From positions 1-25,511 of the forward strand of contig JBIIPZ010000038.1 of assembly GCA_044342325.1 (NCBI GenBank): DNA of 25,511 nucleotides. The letters run 5' to 3'. The position numbers were made by a program, and so were the translations under genes. The DNA comes from Terrimicrobiaceae bacterium (GTDB taxonomy: Bacteria > Verrucomicrobiota > Verrucomicrobiia > Chthoniobacterales > Terrimicrobiaceae). A model generated the notes under the pieces. It was not told the DNA's origin. It saw nothing but the letters and a program-made list of their open reading frames with translations, and searched no databases. This document shows, one piece after another, positions 1-9,282 of the stretch (position 1 is its first letter; each line of letters opens with the position of its first letter).

Positions 1-127
1 CGACGCCACCCTCGAAGCCCTATGCACCGAACTCAACGCCACAGAAATCTGCTATCCCGGCACCACCCTCCGCCTCGTCTACCGCCCAATCAGGTCATCC
101 GTTTTCCCGAGAGGTCAGGATGTCTGA
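1..127 (+). mobile_element. 3' end of a putative IS transposase gene (partial, runs off the window) with probable right terminal repeat
   Basis: The frame from nt 2 reads DATLEALCTELNATEICYPGTTLRLVYRPIRSSVFPRGQDV* (TGA 125-127). This resembles, from recall, the C-terminus of a putative-transposase family common in PVC bacteria (LCxELNxTxxxYPGTxLRLxY...PRxQ[DE]V*). It is not in the ORF track because it has no start codon in the window. Confidence 0.65.
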
Positions 128-298
128 TGTTGTCGTTCCATGCAAGTCTCCCCGCCGATTCATCGCCGGAGCTTGGCGACATGGATCGTTGCAAGGCTAC
201 ACCTCCCGTGGCACCGGTGCATGCGGCGTTGCCGCGCGTTGGAATTGCCCGCCCGAGATAACCCTGCACACGCTGCGACGAGCCAAGGCGTAGAGGGG

Positions 299-1993
299 TT
301 ATGCGCGGAAGATCGCGCCGAGTTTTTTTCCGAGAATGAGACTGGCTCCGATGATCGTGACAGCCAGAAAGGCCATCGCCCATACCCCGAGAGCACTTGC
401 GACGAAGCGTCCCTCGCCGAGCAGTTGATAAAGCTCGTAAATGGCCTTCGTGATCGGGAAATCCTGCTGCTTCTGGGCGAGAATGAGTGAATCGCTGACC
501 TCGAGCATGGCGAAGGAAAATGCCAGCAATCCGCCTGCGAGAAGGTTCGCTGCGATGAGAGGAATAGTAATCCTTCGAAGCGTCCGTAGCGGTGGACATC
601 CAAGGTTCTGCGCAGCTTCCTCGAGCGTGACACTGGTTTGCTGAAATCCTGCCGCCGCCGAGCGGACCACATACGGCAGCCGCCGCACCGAGTAGGCAAT
701 GACAAGAATGATCAGCGGGTCGATGGTGGGATTCAGAAAAGCAAAGGGCTTTCCCTCCTGCGTCATCGCCAGATATCCGAATGCCAAAACCAAGCCCGGC
801 ACGGCCAGAGGAAGCATGGCCATGGCGTCGAGAATTTGCCGCCCTGCGAGACGCGTCCGAACCACGACATAGGCGATGGCCACTCCGAGGATCAGGTCGA
901 GAATGGTCGCCAGGCCGGCATATTTTAGGCTGTTTTGGATCGAAGGCAGCGTGAGATTGTGTCCCAATGCGGCCTCGAAATGCGATAGCGTCCACCCGCT
1001 CGGCAGGATCGTTTGATACCAATCCGTGGAAAAAGCCACGAGAATCACGCCGATGTGAGGCAGGACGGCAAGGAAAGTCACCAAGCCAAAGACCCCCGAG
1101 CAAAAGAGCCCCATGGCCAGTCCGGGTTGGCGGGGACCGCCTTGGCTCGTCGCCTTCGCCATCATGGCATGAGACTCGCGCCCGAAGAGCAACTTGCTGC
1201 CGGCATAGAGCAGAACCGTCGCGCAGAGCAGGACAACCACCAACGCGAAGGGGAAGGGATTTGCCCCGATGTCCTTGATGCCATAAAAAATCTGCACCGA
1301 GGTGACGCGGGTAAAGTCGAACATGAGCGGCACGCCGAGTTCGGTGAATGACCAGATGAAAACAATGGTCCCACCGGCGAAGATGCCCGGCATGATGAGA
1401 GGAAGGGTGATGCGGCGGAATTTACGGAACCCGGTGCATCCCAGATTCTCCGCAGCCTCCTCCATCGCAGGGTCCACATTTGCGAGGGCAGCAAGGACAT
1501 TGAGATAGAGGATCGGATAGAGGTGGAGAGCGTTGAGAACAATGACGCCCCAGATCCTCCCCTCGCCCAGCCAATCCACGGGGTGCGATGGATCGAGCAG
1601 GCCGATGTCTTGCAGAAGCGCATTGAGCGCGCCTTGCTGGCCGAGGATTTGCTTGATACCGATCGCGCCAACAAACGGCGGCATGATCATGGGAACCAGC
1701 ACCAGCGCACCAAGGAGGGATTTTCCGGGAAAAAGGAAACGGTCACTCATCCAAGCGAGCGGGATCGCAATGAGAGAGGCAAGCAGTGTGCTCCAAACCC
1801 CCATCTGGAGCGAGTTCCAGAGTCCCTCGACATAGAGCGGATTCCGGAAAACCTCGGCGATGTAGTCGACCGTGAATTTTCCATCCGATCCGATAAAAGC
1901 CCCATAGAGCGTCTCGCTGATCGGCCAGAGAAAGAACAACGCGAAGAAAACGGCGGTGACGAGGAAGACGAGTCTGGAGAATTGCTGACTCAT
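299..1993 (-). CDS. ABC transporter permease with two fused TM domains (FbpB/AfuB/ThiP-like)
   Basis: 564 aa, very hydrophobic, with two EAA loops (EEAAENLG, EEAAQNLG). Overlaps the binding-protein gene by 4 nt. Confidence 0.92.
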   Translation of the reverse strand: MSQQFSRLVFLVTAVFFALFFLWPISETLYGAFIGSDGKFTVDYIAEVFRNPLYVEGLWNSLQMGVWSTLLASLIAIPLAWMSDRFLFPGKSLLGALVLVPMIMPPFVGAIGIKQILGQQGALNALLQDIGLLDPSHPVDWLGEGRIWGVIVLNALHLYPILYLNVLAALANVDPAMEEAAENLGCTGFRKFRRITLPLIMPGIFAGGTIVFIWSFTELGVPLMFDFTRVTSVQIFYGIKDIGANPFPFALVVVLLCATVLLYAGSKLLFGRESHAMMAKATSQGGPRQPGLAMGLFCSGVFGLVTFLAVLPHIGVILVAFSTDWYQTILPSGWTLSHFEAALGHNLTLPSIQNSLKYAGLATILDLILGVAIAYVVVRTRLAGRQILDAMAMLPLAVPGLVLAFGYLAMTQEGKPFAFLNPTIDPLIILVIAYSVRRLPYVVRSAAAGFQQTSVTLEEAAQNLGCPPLRTLRRITIPLIAANLLAGGLLAFSFAMLEVSDSLILAQKQQDFPITKAIYELYQLLGEGRFVASALGVWAMAFLAVTIIGASLILGKKLGAIFRA

Positions 1994-3588
1994 TTTCCCT
2001 CCCGAGCCAACTTGGCGGTCTCCTGATATTGTTGGCGGAATTGGTCCGCGAGTTCCTTGGCGAGCCGCACTTCGTCGAGGCGGTTTTTAGAAGTGAGAGC
2101 TTCTTTGAGTGTTGTCTTGGAAGCGATGTAATCGACCGCCGTGAGGTCGGTGAATTTTTTATAAGCTTCGCGGGGGAATCCTGCCTTCACAAGCGCCTGC
2201 CAGGCCTCCGACTGCTCATGGTGGAGGTCGAGACAGATGACCCGGATGATAAACGCCATGACTCGAAAAACGGGTGCTGTCCAAGCGGCGGTGTAGGTGA
2301 AAAGCCGGGCCTCCTCGTAGGGTTGAACTTCAGGATCAGAGCGCAGCGCTGCGTATTCCGGCGAGTAAAGTTCCTTGCGGATCGGTAGGCGGCGGAGGGC
2401 GTATTTCGTTGGCCCACCCGGTGCGCCCACTTTGAAGTTCCAGAGTTTTTGGCCCTCGAGGGAGAGAACAAAGGCTATGAACTCCTCGGCGGCAGCGCGG
2501 TTCGGAGCTCCACGCAAGAGGGCTATCGGGTCGACGCCCACGGAGGATCCGCCAGCTGGTGTGAAGTATTGAAGGCGCGATGGCGCATCGCCGATTTTTA
2601 CCGCCTCACTTTGGAAGCGGCCGTAAAAATCAATGCACATCCCGATCGCCGCATCGCCGAGAGACACATCGAGCGGTATTTTCGGTGCGGAGTCTGTGAA
2701 GTAACGGGCATTCGCTGAGGCGGCTTGGATGATCTCCAATCCGCGCTTCCATCCGAGCGCAAGGATATCCTCATCGCTGCGACCGGTCGCCCTGACGAGT
2801 TCCTGCATTTGCTGTTGGATGACCATTTCAAAAGCCCGCGCGGCCGATCCGCTCTTGGTGGGATCCGCGAGGGCGACCTGACGGTAGAACACAGGATTTG
2901 TGAGGTCTTTCCAAGATGAGGGCATATCCCGAACTCCGAGGCGCTGGAGGGAATCGGTGTTGTAGCAGATGCCGAAGGAAGAAAGGCACGCGCCGATCCA
3001 CAGTGCGCCGGGGTCGTAGAACTGCTCCCCGGAAACGCTCTGGGGAATCGAATCCTCGGCGAACCATTTCGGGTGGCTTTTGATCACATCCGTTGCAACA
3101 AGGCGTCCGGCTTTAGCCTGCTGCTCGAAATCATAAGACCCACCGCCGAAGAAGATATCGATGCCGATGCCGGTGCTGGAGTTCAGAAAAGACCGTCGCA
3201 CCGCCTGCTCGGGCGTGTCAGCTACGGAATCATCCGGGAGTTTGACTCTTGGATTGTCGAACGCAGCGGCGAGTTCCGGCACCCAGGTTTTGCCTTGGGA
3301 GGTCCATGCGTATTCAAAGGCAGCCAGGTATTCCCCGGCGAGGAATCGAGAAATCTCGCTTGTTCCACCCGGCAGACGCCAGTCGATGCGGATCGAGCGG
3401 CCGGTTTTGTTTTTATAGTGCCGCGCAAAGGCGACGCTGAACTCGTGCCGGACCGCCTCATTGTGGGGGGAGATGATTACAATCGTCTCGTCAGCGCTCG
3501 CGAGGAGATTTTGGCGAGGTTTGAGCAGGAAAGGCACTGCCAGCACAAGGACGAGAGCCGCGAGCACCAGAAGGATTCGTGGGCTCAT
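1990..3588 (-). CDS. ABC transporter extracellular solute-binding protein (AfuA/FbpA-like class)
   Basis: 532 aa with an N-terminal hydrophobic anchor/signal and motifs IISPH, DIFFGGG, PSSWKDL, ADPTKSGS, DPIALLRGAPNRAAAEEFI. Lies between the ATPase and permease genes. Confidence 0.88.
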   Translation of the reverse strand: MSPRILLVLAALVLVLAVPFLLKPRQNLLASADETIVIISPHNEAVRHEFSVAFARHYKNKTGRSIRIDWRLPGGTSEISRFLAGEYLAAFEYAWTSQGKTWVPELAAAFDNPRVKLPDDSVADTPEQAVRRSFLNSSTGIGIDIFFGGGSYDFEQQAKAGRLVATDVIKSHPKWFAEDSIPQSVSGEQFYDPGALWIGACLSSFGICYNTDSLQRLGVRDMPSSWKDLTNPVFYRQVALADPTKSGSAARAFEMVIQQQMQELVRATGRSDEDILALGWKRGLEIIQAASANARYFTDSAPKIPLDVSLGDAAIGMCIDFYGRFQSEAVKIGDAPSRLQYFTPAGGSSVGVDPIALLRGAPNRAAAEEFIAFVLSLEGQKLWNFKVGAPGGPTKYALRRLPIRKELYSPEYAALRSDPEVQPYEEARLFTYTAAWTAPVFRVMAFIIRVICLDLHHEQSEAWQALVKAGFPREAYKKFTDLTAVDYIASKTTLKEALTSKNRLDEVRLAKELADQFRQQYQETAKLAREGK

Positions 3589-3594
3589 GGCAGC

Positions 3595-4665
3595 TCAGGG
3601 TTTGAGAACCACGACATCATCCACACTCGCAACGGCAAAAAATTCCTGTCCCTGACCACGGGCGGAGATGTGTGGATTCAATTCAAAAACCTTCAAGTCG
3701 TGCGCAGAGCCCCGAAGCCGGTATTGGGCCACCTCGCCGAGATAGACGGACTCGCCGATGCGACCCTTCACGGAATTCATCGCGGTAGGAGCCGAGCGAA
3801 GCGACCAACTTTCGGGCCGGATGCTGAGCGAGACAGCATCTCCCGCAGAGGGCTTCCACTCGGGATCGCCGAGGAATCCTTCGAAAAGCCCCTCGCTTGT
3901 CTCAACTAGAGCTTTAGCGCCATCGAGGGTTTGGATTTTGCCGTTGAGGAAATTTGTTTCGCCGATGAAGTCCGCCACGACGCGCGTTTTGGGGCGGCGA
4001 TAAACCTGCTCCGGCGTCCCGATCTGAGCAATCCGCCCACCTTCAAGCACGGCCATGCGATCGGAAATCGAGAGGGCCTCCTTTTGGTCATGGGTGACAT
4101 AAATCGCCGTGAGTCCGTTCTCCTTGCAGACACGACGAATCTCAGAGCGCATCTCCAAGCGGAGCCGGGCGTCGAGGTTGGAAAGCGGTTCGTCGAGAAG
4201 CACACAACGGGGACGGATCACCAAAGCCCGGGCAAGTGCCACGCGTTGCTGCTGTCCGCCGGAGAGTTGAGCGATTTTTCGTTCCGCATACGGACCCATC
4301 TGCACGGATTCCAGCGCAGCTTGGACACGCTGGCGGATTTCCGCCTTGGGAACGCGCCGTTCTTCAAGGCCGAAGGCGACATTTTTGGCCACCGTCATGT
4401 GCGGCCAGAGGGCGTAACTCTGAAACATCATCCCCGTGTTGCGCTTGTGGGGAGGGAGGTTCGTCACATCCTCGTCGCCGAAAAGGATACGGCCCTCGTC
4501 GGGAATGTAGAAGCCGGCGATATTGCGAAGGAGCGTCGTTTTTCCACATCCGCTGGGGCCGAGGAGAAAGAACAACTCGCCCGGCTCGATGCGGAGGGAG
4601 ATGCCATTCAACGCCACCGCGTCACCGAATTTTTTTACGAGTTTGTCGATGGTGATCGCGATCAT
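3595..4665 (-). CDS. ABC transporter ATP-binding protein (FbpC/PotA-like)
   Basis: Walker A GPSGCGKT, Q-loop FQSYALWPHM, signature LSGGQQQR, Walker B VLLDEP, H-loop VTHD and a C-terminal TOBE-like region. Confidence 0.95.
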   Translation of the reverse strand: MIAITIDKLVKKFGDAVALNGISLRIEPGELFFLLGPSGCGKTTLLRNIAGFYIPDEGRILFGDEDVTNLPPHKRNTGMMFQSYALWPHMTVAKNVAFGLEERRVPKAEIRQRVQAALESVQMGPYAERKIAQLSGGQQQRVALARALVIRPRCVLLDEPLSNLDARLRLEMRSEIRRVCKENGLTAIYVTHDQKEALSISDRMAVLEGGRIAQIGTPEQVYRRPKTRVVADFIGETNFLNGKIQTLDGAKALVETSEGLFEGFLGDPEWKPSAGDAVSLSIRPESWSLRSAPTAMNSVKGRIGESVYLGEVAQYRLRGSAHDLKVFELNPHISARGQGQEFFAVASVDDVVVLKP

Positions 4666-4719
4666 GGCCTAGTGGGATTTCAACTACGGCAGGGCGGCAG
4701 CCCAAGCAGATCCCGCCCG

Positions 4720-5373
4720 CTATTGTTGCGGAGCAGCAGGGGCCTCTCCGCCAAGGCGGGAGAGTTGGCCAGCGGACATACGGGCGGCGGGTGATGCCGG
4801 AAACTGGGTTACGACCATGTTGAAACCACGGCGGGCCTCTTCGATCTGGAATCCACGAAGGAGGATTTCGGCCTCGGTATAGGCGGCAAAGGGAGCTGCG
4901 TAGCTTTGCGGGAATTGTGTGACGACCTGCTGGCAAGTAGCCATGGCTGATTGGACATCACCTGCTGCGTCTTGATTCATCGCGACTCCGAGAAGAGCCC
5001 CGCCTGCCAGAGGATGCTTGGGGAAGCGGTTCAGGAAGTCACGGAAGGCCATGGTGGATTTTTCCATGTTTCCGGCCTCGCGTTCCGCTGAGGCGATCTG
5101 CATGAGCGCATCGGCAGCAGGCATGGTTTTCGGAAATTTCTCCACTACCGCTTGGAGGTCCGAGATTCCCTTCGCCTCGGCGAGGAGTTTTTGCGCAGAT
5201 GCATTTTGATTCGAAGAGTAGGCGAACCATGCGGCCACGCCCACGCCTCCGATGACGATCACGGCAAGGAGTCCAAGGATGAGGGATTTGTTTTTCTCCC
5301 AGAAAAGATCCCACTCCAGCGAGGAGTCATCAAGGACAGGGCCTTGAAGAACGGGTTGTTGTGCGGGTTCCAT
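4720..5373 (-). CDS. Membrane-anchored tetratricopeptide-repeat protein (YfgM/CpoB-like)
   Basis: 217 aa: 'FWEKNK' then one TM helix, then TPR-like repeats (VVEKFPKT, FLNRFPKH, VVTQFPQS, VVTQFPAS). The start overlaps the cysK stop (TGATG). Confidence 0.8.
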   Translation of the reverse strand: MEPAQQPVLQGPVLDDSSLEWDLFWEKNKSLILGLLAVIVIGGVGVAAWFAYSSNQNASAQKLLAEAKGISDLQAVVEKFPKTMPAADALMQIASAEREAGNMEKSTMAFRDFLNRFPKHPLAGGALLGVAMNQDAAGDVQSAMATCQQVVTQFPQSYAAPFAAYTEAEILLRGFQIEEARRGFNMVVTQFPASPAARMSAGQLSRLGGEAPAAPQQ

Positions 5374-6356
5374 CAGGCTCCCACCTCCGCGCGGGCTTCG
5401 TCGGCAAGGGCGGTGCTGAGGTAGCGTTCGCCGGTTGAGCAGCCGATGGTGACGATGAGTTTACCGGCATTTTCCGGGCGCTTGGCGACTTGGATAGCCG
5501 CGTGGACATTAGCGCCGGTGCTGATGCCACCGAGAATGCCCTCCTCTTTGGCAAGGCGACGAGCCATGGCAAAAGCCTCATCGTTGGTGACCTGAATGCA
5601 CTCGACAATTTGGGATTCTCCAGCGGAATTTTTCAAGTGGAGGTTGTTGGGAACAAATCCGGCGCCAGTGCCTTGGATTTTGTGCGGGCCGGGTTTGAGA
5701 GGTTCGCCCGCGAGGGTCTGGGAAATGACAGGCGAATCCTTAGGCTCGACGGCGATGGCTTGAAGAGAGGCTTTGCGGGGCTTGAGGGCTTCCACGCAGC
5801 CAGTGATCGTGCCGCCGGTTCCGACCGCTGCGACAATGATGTCCACTTTGCCATCCGTATCGCTCCAGATTTCCTCTGCAGTGGTTTTGATATGAATGGC
5901 GGGGTTTGCGGGGTTGTTGAATTGCTGGGGCATCCAAGAATTGGGAGTCTCTTGAACGAGCGCCTCGGCTTTTGCGATCGCTCCGCGCATCCCCTCGGAC
6001 CCGGGAGTGAGGACAAGTTTTGCGCCAAGCATGGCAAGGAGGGTGCGGCGCTCGAGGCTCATCGTCTCAGGCATGGTGAGGATCATTTTATATCCCTTGG
6101 CGGCCGCCACGAAGGCCAAGGCGATGCCGGTGTTTCCGCTGGTGGGCTCGATGATGACCGTGCCGGGCTTGAGAATGCCACGCTGCTCGGCGTCTTCGAT
6201 CATTGCCATGCCGATGCGGTCTTTCACGCTTCCGAGGGGATTGAAAAATTCACACTTGAGCGCAATCGTGGCGGGAAGCCCGGCAGTGACGCGGTTGAGC
6301 TTTACAAGAGGTGTGCGGCCGACTGTTTCGACGATGTTGTTGTAGATGTTGCCCAT
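5373..6356 (-). CDS. cysK: Cysteine synthase A (O-acetylserine sulfhydrylase)
   Basis: PLP-lysine motif SVKDRIG, plus [19 protein letters not shown] and ERYLST. The start is moved to ATG 6356 ([18 protein letters not shown]) instead of the track's TTG at 6377. Confidence 0.95.
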   Translation of the reverse strand: MGNIYNNIVETVGRTPLVKLNRVTAGLPATIALKCEFFNPLGSVKDRIGMAMIEDAEQRGILKPGTVIIEPTSGNTGIALAFVAAAKGYKMILTMPETMSLERRTLLAMLGAKLVLTPGSEGMRGAIAKAEALVQETPNSWMPQQFNNPANPAIHIKTTAEEIWSDTDGKVDIIVAAVGTGGTITGCVEALKPRKASLQAIAVEPKDSPVISQTLAGEPLKPGPHKIQGTGAGFVPNNLHLKNSAGESQIVECIQVTNDEAFAMARRLAKEEGILGGISTGANVHAAIQVAKRPENAGKLIVTIGCSTGERYLSTALADEARAEVGA

Positions 6357-6420
6357 GAATCTTGGATTGAAACGCAAACCCTACACAGGCGGCAGCGGGC
6401 GGTGAAGTTTTTAGTTTGAC

Positions 6421-9180
6421 CTACCCGGTGGTGCGAAGGCCGCTGGCAATGGCATTGATGCTCAGAAGAACTTCGGGAAGAAGGCGGTTTTTTGCCGCAG
6501 GCTCCGCAGCGCGCCACTCGGCGAGAAGCTTCGTCTGGTGAACATGGAGCGCACGAAGACCAGAGTCGCGCAAGGCGAGAGTTTTCAGCATGCGCGGGCG
6601 GCGTTTTTCCAGAGCACCGCCAAAGACGAGGGACATCATTTCGCGGGTGGAATCAAATTCTGTCAGAATGATGTTCAGAATCTCCTTCCGCACCTTCGTA
6701 TCGCCGACCAATCCGGCGTAGATGGCGATGATCTCGCGATCCGCACTGGCGAGATTCGTTTCCACATTGGTCAGCACATAGTAGAGGAATGGCGACTTTT
6801 TGAGGTTGGCGCGCAGATTTTGAAAAAGTTTGGGACGCTCGGCTTGGAGGCTTTGCAGAGCGGATCCGACACCGAACCAGCCGGGAAGATAATGGCGGCT
6901 TTGGTTCCAGCTGAAGACCCAAGGGATCGCGCGAAGGTCGGCGAGCGTGCGCTGGCCTGTGCGCCGCGAGGGGCGCGACCCAATGCGACTCGTCTCAAGG
7001 GCATCAATCGGCGTGGCCTCCGAGAAGTAGGACATGAAATTCGGATGACTGATGAGTGCGGTGTAGGCATCCCGGCTGGCTGCCGAGAGAAATTCGCAGG
7101 CCTCGCTGAATTTGCCATCGATGGGAGCAGGCTGGTCGTGGAAGGAAACAGCCGCAACGCCAGCTTGTAGGAGTTCGAGGTTGTAAACGGAAGAGGAGAT
7201 GGTGCCGTATTTTTGGGAAATGGTCTCGCCTTGCTCGGTGACGCGCAGGTCCCCGCGCGCGGAGCCCTGCGGCAGCGCGGACAGAAAACGGTGGGTCGGC
7301 CCCGCGCCTCGGCTGATTGTGCCGCCGCGTCCGTGGAAGAAGCGGATTTTGACACCCGCATCGCGCCCGACTTGGGCCAAGGCGCTTTGAGATTGGTGGA
7401 GTGCCCACTGACTGGCGAAGATGCCGCAATCCTTGTTGCTGTCGCTGTAGCCGATCATGACCTGCTGCACAGGGAGGCTGCGCTGTTTGGAAGATTTTTC
7501 ATTCGCGCTTTTGCGGTGAAAATCAAGGCTCCGCATCGTGACCGGATGTTTCAGGAATTGCCTTACGATGCCTGGTCCTTGCTCCAAGTCGTCGAGGGTC
7601 TCGAAAAGCGGGACGACCGGCAGGTCGCACACTAGCCCATCCTCCGTCCACCTCGCCAAGCCAGCCTCTCGCGCGAGCAAATATACGGCAAGCAGATCGG
7701 AAAGACGGCGGGTCATACTAACGATCAGGGATCCGATTCCATCGATTCCGTGTTTGGCGATGTGGTTGCGCAGGACATTATAGCAAGCAAGGACATCATC
7801 CGACTCTCGACCCGCAGGAGTTCCCGCGCTCAGAAACGGGCGCGGCGAGCGGAGTTCTTCTTCCAAAAACGCGAGGCGTCGATCCTCGCTCCACTCCGAG
7901 AACTTGTGATCCTCCGCACCTCCTGCCTCGAGGAGTCCATCAATAGCCAGATCGTGAAAGCGACTGTTCTGACGGATATCCAGATTCGCCAGGTGAAAAC
8001 CAAAAGTGTCGAGCGCACGACGCACGGGATTCACGGCAAAATCCGCAAGGCGTCCGGCACCGCCGGCGTGGAGTGCCTCGGAAAGTTGTTTCAGATGCGC
8101 TTCGAGTTCGGATGGATGTCGAAAACGAACGCCGCTCTCCAGAATTTTCGCGTCTTCGATTTCCCCGGTCGAAACCGGCAGACGGTTCTGAAGGTGAAGA
8201 ACAAATTGCCTCCATGGCTCGTCGGAATACGACTGCGACAATGTTTGAGCGAGAGCAGGCGTTTCACGACGGAACTTGTCGAGTGCGCTTTGGAGATCCT
8301 CCGGAAATTCCTGAAAATTGCTTGAGAGTGGAAGGTTGGCCGCCAAATCCTCCAACTCGCGGTGCAGAACAATCAAGGCGCTGAGGCGAAGGTCGCAGAG
8401 CGTGGTCTCGGTGACGGCAGCTGTCACAAGCGGATGCCCATCCCGATCGCCTCCAACCCATGTGCCGAAGCGGATTTTGGGCATTCCCAAGGGATCGGCA
8501 ATCAGAGAGGGATCAAAGCCTGCGCCTCGCCAAGCTTCGCGGAGACGATGATCGAGGCGCGCCAAGGCGGGAGGGAAAACCTCGCGCAAATAATAAATGA
8601 CGCCGCGCCGTTCCGTGGCGACATCCGGCTTTTCGAGCAGAATTTCGCCGGTCCTCCACAGGCGTTCTAAAATGACTTTGAATTCCTCGCGCAAGGCCTG
8701 CTGCTGGTTCGCCGAGAGGGATTGACCTTCGCGGGATATCAAAAGGCGATAGAGAGAACGGTGTTGCTCGAGGACGGCCGCGCGTTTCGCCTCGGTCGGA
8801 TGAGCGGTCAGAACAGGTTCGATGCAGAGCGTCGGAAGAAGAGCAGCGATTTCTGAAGGCGACATTCCCGAAGCGGACAACTCGGCGAGCCGACTTCTCC
8901 AAAGTCCCGGCTCCGCTTCCCCGCCGGATTCGATTTCACGAAGCTGGCGCGTGCGTGCAGCCGTGTTCTCCTCGACCATGTTGAGCAATTGAAACGCGAT
9001 CGATGTGGCCTGCTCAAATCCCTCGCAGCCCGCCTCCTTGGAACCTACCCATGGCAGGCGGTCGGCCACTGCGTTTTCCCCCAACTCCCTGAGAACCTCC
9101 TCCAGGCAACCCATGAGAAAATCGAGGTCGTTGGATATTTTTTCGAAACCCTGTGCGATATAATGCGTCGTCTTTTTCAC
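6421..9180 (-). CDS. ppc: Phosphoenolpyruvate carboxylase
   Basis: 919 aa with VLTAHPTE, WVGGDRDGHP, QVMIGYSDSNKD, FHGRGGTISRG, LRAIPWVFSW and C-terminal GLRTTG. GTG start. Confidence 0.95.
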   Translation of the reverse strand: MKKTTHYIAQGFEKISNDLDFLMGCLEEVLRELGENAVADRLPWVGSKEAGCEGFEQATSIAFQLLNMVEENTAARTRQLREIESGGEAEPGLWRSRLAELSASGMSPSEIAALLPTLCIEPVLTAHPTEAKRAAVLEQHRSLYRLLISREGQSLSANQQQALREEFKVILERLWRTGEILLEKPDVATERRGVIYYLREVFPPALARLDHRLREAWRGAGFDPSLIADPLGMPKIRFGTWVGGDRDGHPLVTAAVTETTLCDLRLSALIVLHRELEDLAANLPLSSNFQEFPEDLQSALDKFRRETPALAQTLSQSYSDEPWRQFVLHLQNRLPVSTGEIEDAKILESGVRFRHPSELEAHLKQLSEALHAGGAGRLADFAVNPVRRALDTFGFHLANLDIRQNSRFHDLAIDGLLEAGGAEDHKFSEWSEDRRLAFLEEELRSPRPFLSAGTPAGRESDDVLACYNVLRNHIAKHGIDGIGSLIVSMTRRLSDLLAVYLLAREAGLARWTEDGLVCDLPVVPLFETLDDLEQGPGIVRQFLKHPVTMRSLDFHRKSANEKSSKQRSLPVQQVMIGYSDSNKDCGIFASQWALHQSQSALAQVGRDAGVKIRFFHGRGGTISRGAGPTHRFLSALPQGSARGDLRVTEQGETISQKYGTISSSVYNLELLQAGVAAVSFHDQPAPIDGKFSEACEFLSAASRDAYTALISHPNFMSYFSEATPIDALETSRIGSRPSRRTGQRTLADLRAIPWVFSWNQSRHYLPGWFGVGSALQSLQAERPKLFQNLRANLKKSPFLYYVLTNVETNLASADREIIAIYAGLVGDTKVRKEILNIILTEFDSTREMMSLVFGGALEKRRPRMLKTLALRDSGLRALHVHQTKLLAEWRAAEPAAKNRLLPEVLLSINAIASGLRTTG

Positions 9181-9253
9181 CCTGACGCAGGACTCTTACG
9201 ATTTTCTAAAAAATATCAATCGCAGGTTTTTATCCAACGGGCGGTTGTTGGGA

Positions 9254-9270
9254 GCGGATGCCATCATCCG
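9254..9270 (-). terminator. Short hairpin downstream of the HdeD-like gene (possible terminator)
   Basis: CGGATG-ccat-CATCCG inverted repeat between the HdeD-like stop and the ppc start. No clear U-tract. Confidence 0.3.
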
Positions 9271-9282
9271 TCCACTCGCGGA

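Noticed and set aside
90..1103. 337-aa alternative-frame ORF overlapping the permease
   Set aside because: Arg/Ser/Gly-rich with no motifs; a frame shadow of a well-supported GC-rich gene.
9249..9262. GGAGCGGATG resembling the tRNA-Gly 3' end (GGAGCGGGTG), as a possible att repeat bounding the export genes
   Set aside because: Only a 9/10 match, better explained as one arm of a local hairpin. No integrase is present, so an island at tRNA-Gly is unsupported.
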